Part shown: piece by piece, positions 60,819 to 64,000 of the stretch
Layout of the letters: every line of letters begins with the position of its first letter
How positions within the stretch are numbered: position 1 is the stretch's first letter
Assembly (NCBI RefSeq): GCF_024521635.1
Contig: NW_026250434.1
Span: forward strand, 62,001-126,000
Direction: 5' to 3'
Source of the DNA: Tricharina praecox
Taxonomy: Eukaryota
Length of the DNA: 64,000 nt
Made by a program: the position numbers and the translations under genes
Notes under the pieces: model-generated
What the model saw: only the letters and a program-made list of their open reading frames with translations
Database searches by the model: none
What the model was told of the DNA's origin: nothing

Positions 60819-61565
60819 TCTTCTCATCTTCTTTGCGGCTTGTAGTTGGGAGGGTGGTTTTGTTTTGTATCTGTATAATCAAAAGCATTGGGTTGGGTTA
60901 GCCTGTTAGGAGTACACCGACGCCGTTTGGGCCACTGAAGACGACTGTTTCGCTGGCATTGTTGTTTGTGAGGTTTTGTGATTGGCATTCGTAGAAATCA
61001 CAAAGATAATAGCATGGAGACAATGTATTGGGTGGAAACAAGGAACTTTTCCTCAGCATAAAAAGGTCTACCTATTACATCTCTGCTTGGTCCAACATGC
61101 TGGCTGTGACTCCATAAGTTGAGCTGTTGTGCTTTTGGGCTGTAGGGGTCGTGCGTCATCAGAAGCATAATTCGCGTGTTGCAGCACACTGTAAATCAAG
61201 AGGCAAACATTAAAGTTGTGCGAAAACCGTGTGATGATTCTCGGCGAAGATGACAGCAGAGGTTCCTACGGTTCGTACGTAGGTCGGTTACTCGAGTCTC
61301 GAGTCTCGAGCACTATGTGAGACGGGACGGCCCCACCCACAATCCATGGTGCTAGGATTTATCTGGCTGCATCGGTCAGGCTGCATCGGTCGGGCCTCAA
61401 ACCCCCGCTCACCTTCCCCCGCGCTACCCAAGATCCACGATCCCCCGTCAACAGCAACTGCAACAGCAACTGCAACAGCAAGCACGACCACAACAACGGA
61501 ACGCTCAGACGACTCTTGACTTCTCTCGTTCCATTCTGACTCCACAATAACTTAGCTACGTCCGC

Positions 61566-62876
61566 ATGGTACGTTCGTTGGCGGCCAGATATTCATGCCT
61601 CAGACTGATCTCGAGCGCAATCTTTAGAGCTATAATTCCTCTCAGCGCACTGCGATCCAGCAGTTCATCGCCTTCACGCAATGTTCTGAGCGTACGGCCG
61701 CTAAAGTTCGTTCTTATACCTCTGTTCCCCCGCGAGGTCCAGTCCTGATGAGATTTGGCGTCCCCAGTTTTTGAAGTCGAGCTCGTGGAACGTCGAGGCC
61801 GCCGCCGACTCGTAAGTCGCCCATTGTTTCCTTGTTGCCTCATCACCTGGCCGGATGCTTTCGTTAGGGAAAAGCCAAATCCCAAGCTACCTTGCGATGG
61901 AACCATACTTTTCCACGCCGCTCACTGCCTCCTCCTTCGCCACCCACGTTCAGTGAACTCTGGATCATGCCGAAACTACGCAAGCTAACAGAATCTTGTG
62001 AACAGATACTTCCAGGCTTCCAACTCGTCGTCTTCGGCTGGTACGACAGGTGGCGCCGCATCGAGCAAAGCAGAGCTCAACAAGCTCTTTGACCAATTCC
62101 GAGGTTCATTTCCCCCGCTCCACGGTTTCGGCACACAGGATAATCTGACCCGCCACGCCGCTGCTACCACCGATAGAAGCCGGAGATGCCCCAGATACCT
62201 TTGGAGTTAATGGTTCCATAAAATTTCTGGAGGCAATCGGTGTAGGGTTGGACGAAGACACGGTGCTGGTCATCTCCGAGTTCCTCAAAGCGCCCATTAT
62301 GGCCGAGTTCTCACGGGAGGGCTTTGTGACCGGCTGGCAATCACTGAAGCAAGCCCATCTTCAGTCTTTCTGTTTTCCGGGAGTCGCTAATGCCCTCGCA
62401 GCTGCAAAACCCTCGACCAGATGCGAGCGCGTGTACCGGCACTGCGACAATTACTCGGCACGGACGAAGAAGTCTTCAAGCGCGTCTACATGCACACCTT
62501 TGCGCTCGCACGAACGCAAGGCCAAAAATCGCTGCTCCTCGAGACGGCGATTGAGTACTGGAAACTACTGCTCAACAAACGGTTCGAGGCGCAGCTGCCG
62601 GTGTGGATTGAGTTCCTACAGAAAGAGTACCGGAAGTCGGTCTCTAAGGATACATGGAACTGCATGTATGACTTCATACAGCTGGCGCAGAAGGATCCTG
62701 GGTTGAAGACTTATGATGTTGATGGTTTGTTGTTTTGTCTGTACCCGGGAAGCGGAGGGAGTAACGCTGACGGTGCTGTTGCAGGCGCCTGGCCCTCGAT
62801 TCTTGACGATTTCGTAAGGTACTGGAGAAAGAGGCACCCTCAGGCCGAGCCGACGGATGGAGATGCGATGGAGTAA
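61566..62876 (+). CDS. DCN1: Dcn1 (defective in cullin neddylation; UBA + PONY)
   Basis: UBA-like IQQFIAFTQCSERTAAKFLKSSSWNVEAAAD; PONY motifs EFSREGFVTGW, FKRVYMHTF, GQKSL, SKDTWN and YDVDGAWPSILDDFV. Six introns, one of them GC-AG. Confidence 0.93.
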
Positions 62877-63422
62877 TGCGTGGTGTCAGTTTTATGAGTC
62901 GGGGGTGTCTCCCAGATCAAGTGTAAGAGTACACCTTATGGGGCGGGGATGCTTATGAGCTATAAGCTACCACCCAGTCACGGATTTCCTTCCCATTCGC
63001 TTTGCATTGCCTTTGTTGAGTTGCTGTAGGTAGGTCTTGAGGGATATGCCTGCAAGCTAAATAGAGGTGCTTCATTTCTTTCTTATTTCCTGCATTCTGC
63101 ATGCACTTATGTTGCTGGTTTCATTGGCAGAGGGAGCGGAGGAGGAATAGGAGGGTAATAGATTATCATACTTGCCAATCTCACGATTATCAGAGGCTTC
63201 GTGTATGGACGCCCTTTGAGCCAAAGGAGCTCGGGGATCGTCCAGTGGACGGCATGCGCTCGGTAGTGCTTCACAGGGTCTCACTCGCCGGTGATCTCTT
63301 AGCTTATCTCATCAGCCACGTTCAAATCTGTCCATGAATCCACGTAGCACGCACCGCGTCAACTTACCCGCCGCCGAGCTCGCACCACCGTCGACAACCA
63401 ACACCACACACATATACACTCA

Positions 63423-64000
63423 ATGTCGACCGCCTCCTCGCCGCCACCGGGGCTCACACCCGTCTACACCAGTTACATCGCCGCCCGCCTCGCGACGCAC
63501 CAGGGCACCGCCGCGCCCAATTCCTTCCTGGCACGGAACCTTGTACAGATTGCGCGCGCGCAGCCAGGGCCGAAATCGTTCCTCATCGCGTGCAAGGCGT
63601 TCGGGCGCTACGAGGATGACTTCCTGACGGAGTTGTTTGATGACGTCAAGACGCGCGAGAGGTGGGATGAGGACCACGGAAGGAAGAGTGATCTCGGCGC
63701 TGGATTGGCGCTAGGCGGTGGTGAGAGGCCCGGGGAAGATGCGGGAGAATTGAAGGGTGGGTTGAATGTGGCGAGGAAAGATGCGGGGGAGAAACAGCTG
63801 GAGGGTGAGGGCGAGAAGAGGAGTAAGCTCGGCCTTGATCGGTTGGCCAAGAGGATTAAGCTCGATCTGGCGGTTGCGGGGGATGACGGTGAGGAGGAAG
63901 GGAGTGCGACTGATGCCGCGAAATCCATCGCTACCGGGAATGAGAAGGTCGAGTTCAAGAAGCCGGCATTACCCATTGGCCGCCATATCCGCGAACGACG
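63423..64000 (+). CDS. PRP16: 5' part of DEAH splicing helicase Prp16/DHX38 (truncated by window end)
   Basis: Open frame from ATG 63423 to the window end with SKLGLDRLAKRIKL and EFKKPALP, which I recognise from Prp16 N-termini. The helicase core is not in the window. Confidence 0.65.
   Translation, partial: MSTASSPPPGLTPVYTSYIAARLATHQGTAAPNSFLARNLVQIARAQPGPKSFLIACKAFGRYEDDFLTELFDDVKTRERWDEDHGRKSDLGAGLALGGGERPGEDAGELKGGLNVARKDAGEKQLEGEGEKRSKLGLDRLAKRIKLDLAVAGDDGEEEGSATDAAKSIATGNEKVEFKKPALPIGRHIRER

Noticed and set aside
62914..62925. AGATCAAGTGTA resembling U2 snRNA
   Set aside because: Lacks the GTAGTA branch-pairing sequence and the flanking U2 sequence.

Overview
Gene-dense region of a filamentous ascomycete (Pezizomycotina) chromosome: short GT-AG introns with CTRAY branch sites. 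An early-diverging lineage such as Pezizomycetes is my inference. I reconstructed 18 protein-coding genes, mostly spliced: an NNK1-like kinase, PRP2, CUL4, STE50, UTP8, ELG1, a BTB protein, TUL1/DSC1, an ADF-H/PH-like protein, CDT2, an F-box-like protein, a C2H2/RGG protein, the PDI tigA, HSBP1, RPL28, GUS1, SPB1 and DCN1. The 5' part of PRP16 and one tRNA-Pro(UGG) are also present. The best non-coding candidate is a telomerase RNA gene in the gap between CDT2 and the F-box-like gene, which has no recognisable coding gene. On the + strand it shows, in the expected order, a hairpin abutting a two-repeat template (TAACCCTAACCC, 46036-46047), a U-rich/A-rich pseudoknot-capable segment, a CR4/5-like three-way junction and an Sm-like site. 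Other items: a 2.2-kb TA-flanked Tc1/mariner-type element with no transposase, an AUG-less N-terminal extension of STE50, a GC-AG intron in DCN1, a PIP-box-like motif in CUL4, and many cullin-RING ligase genes. All structures and gene models were read by eye; no folding or database search was run.
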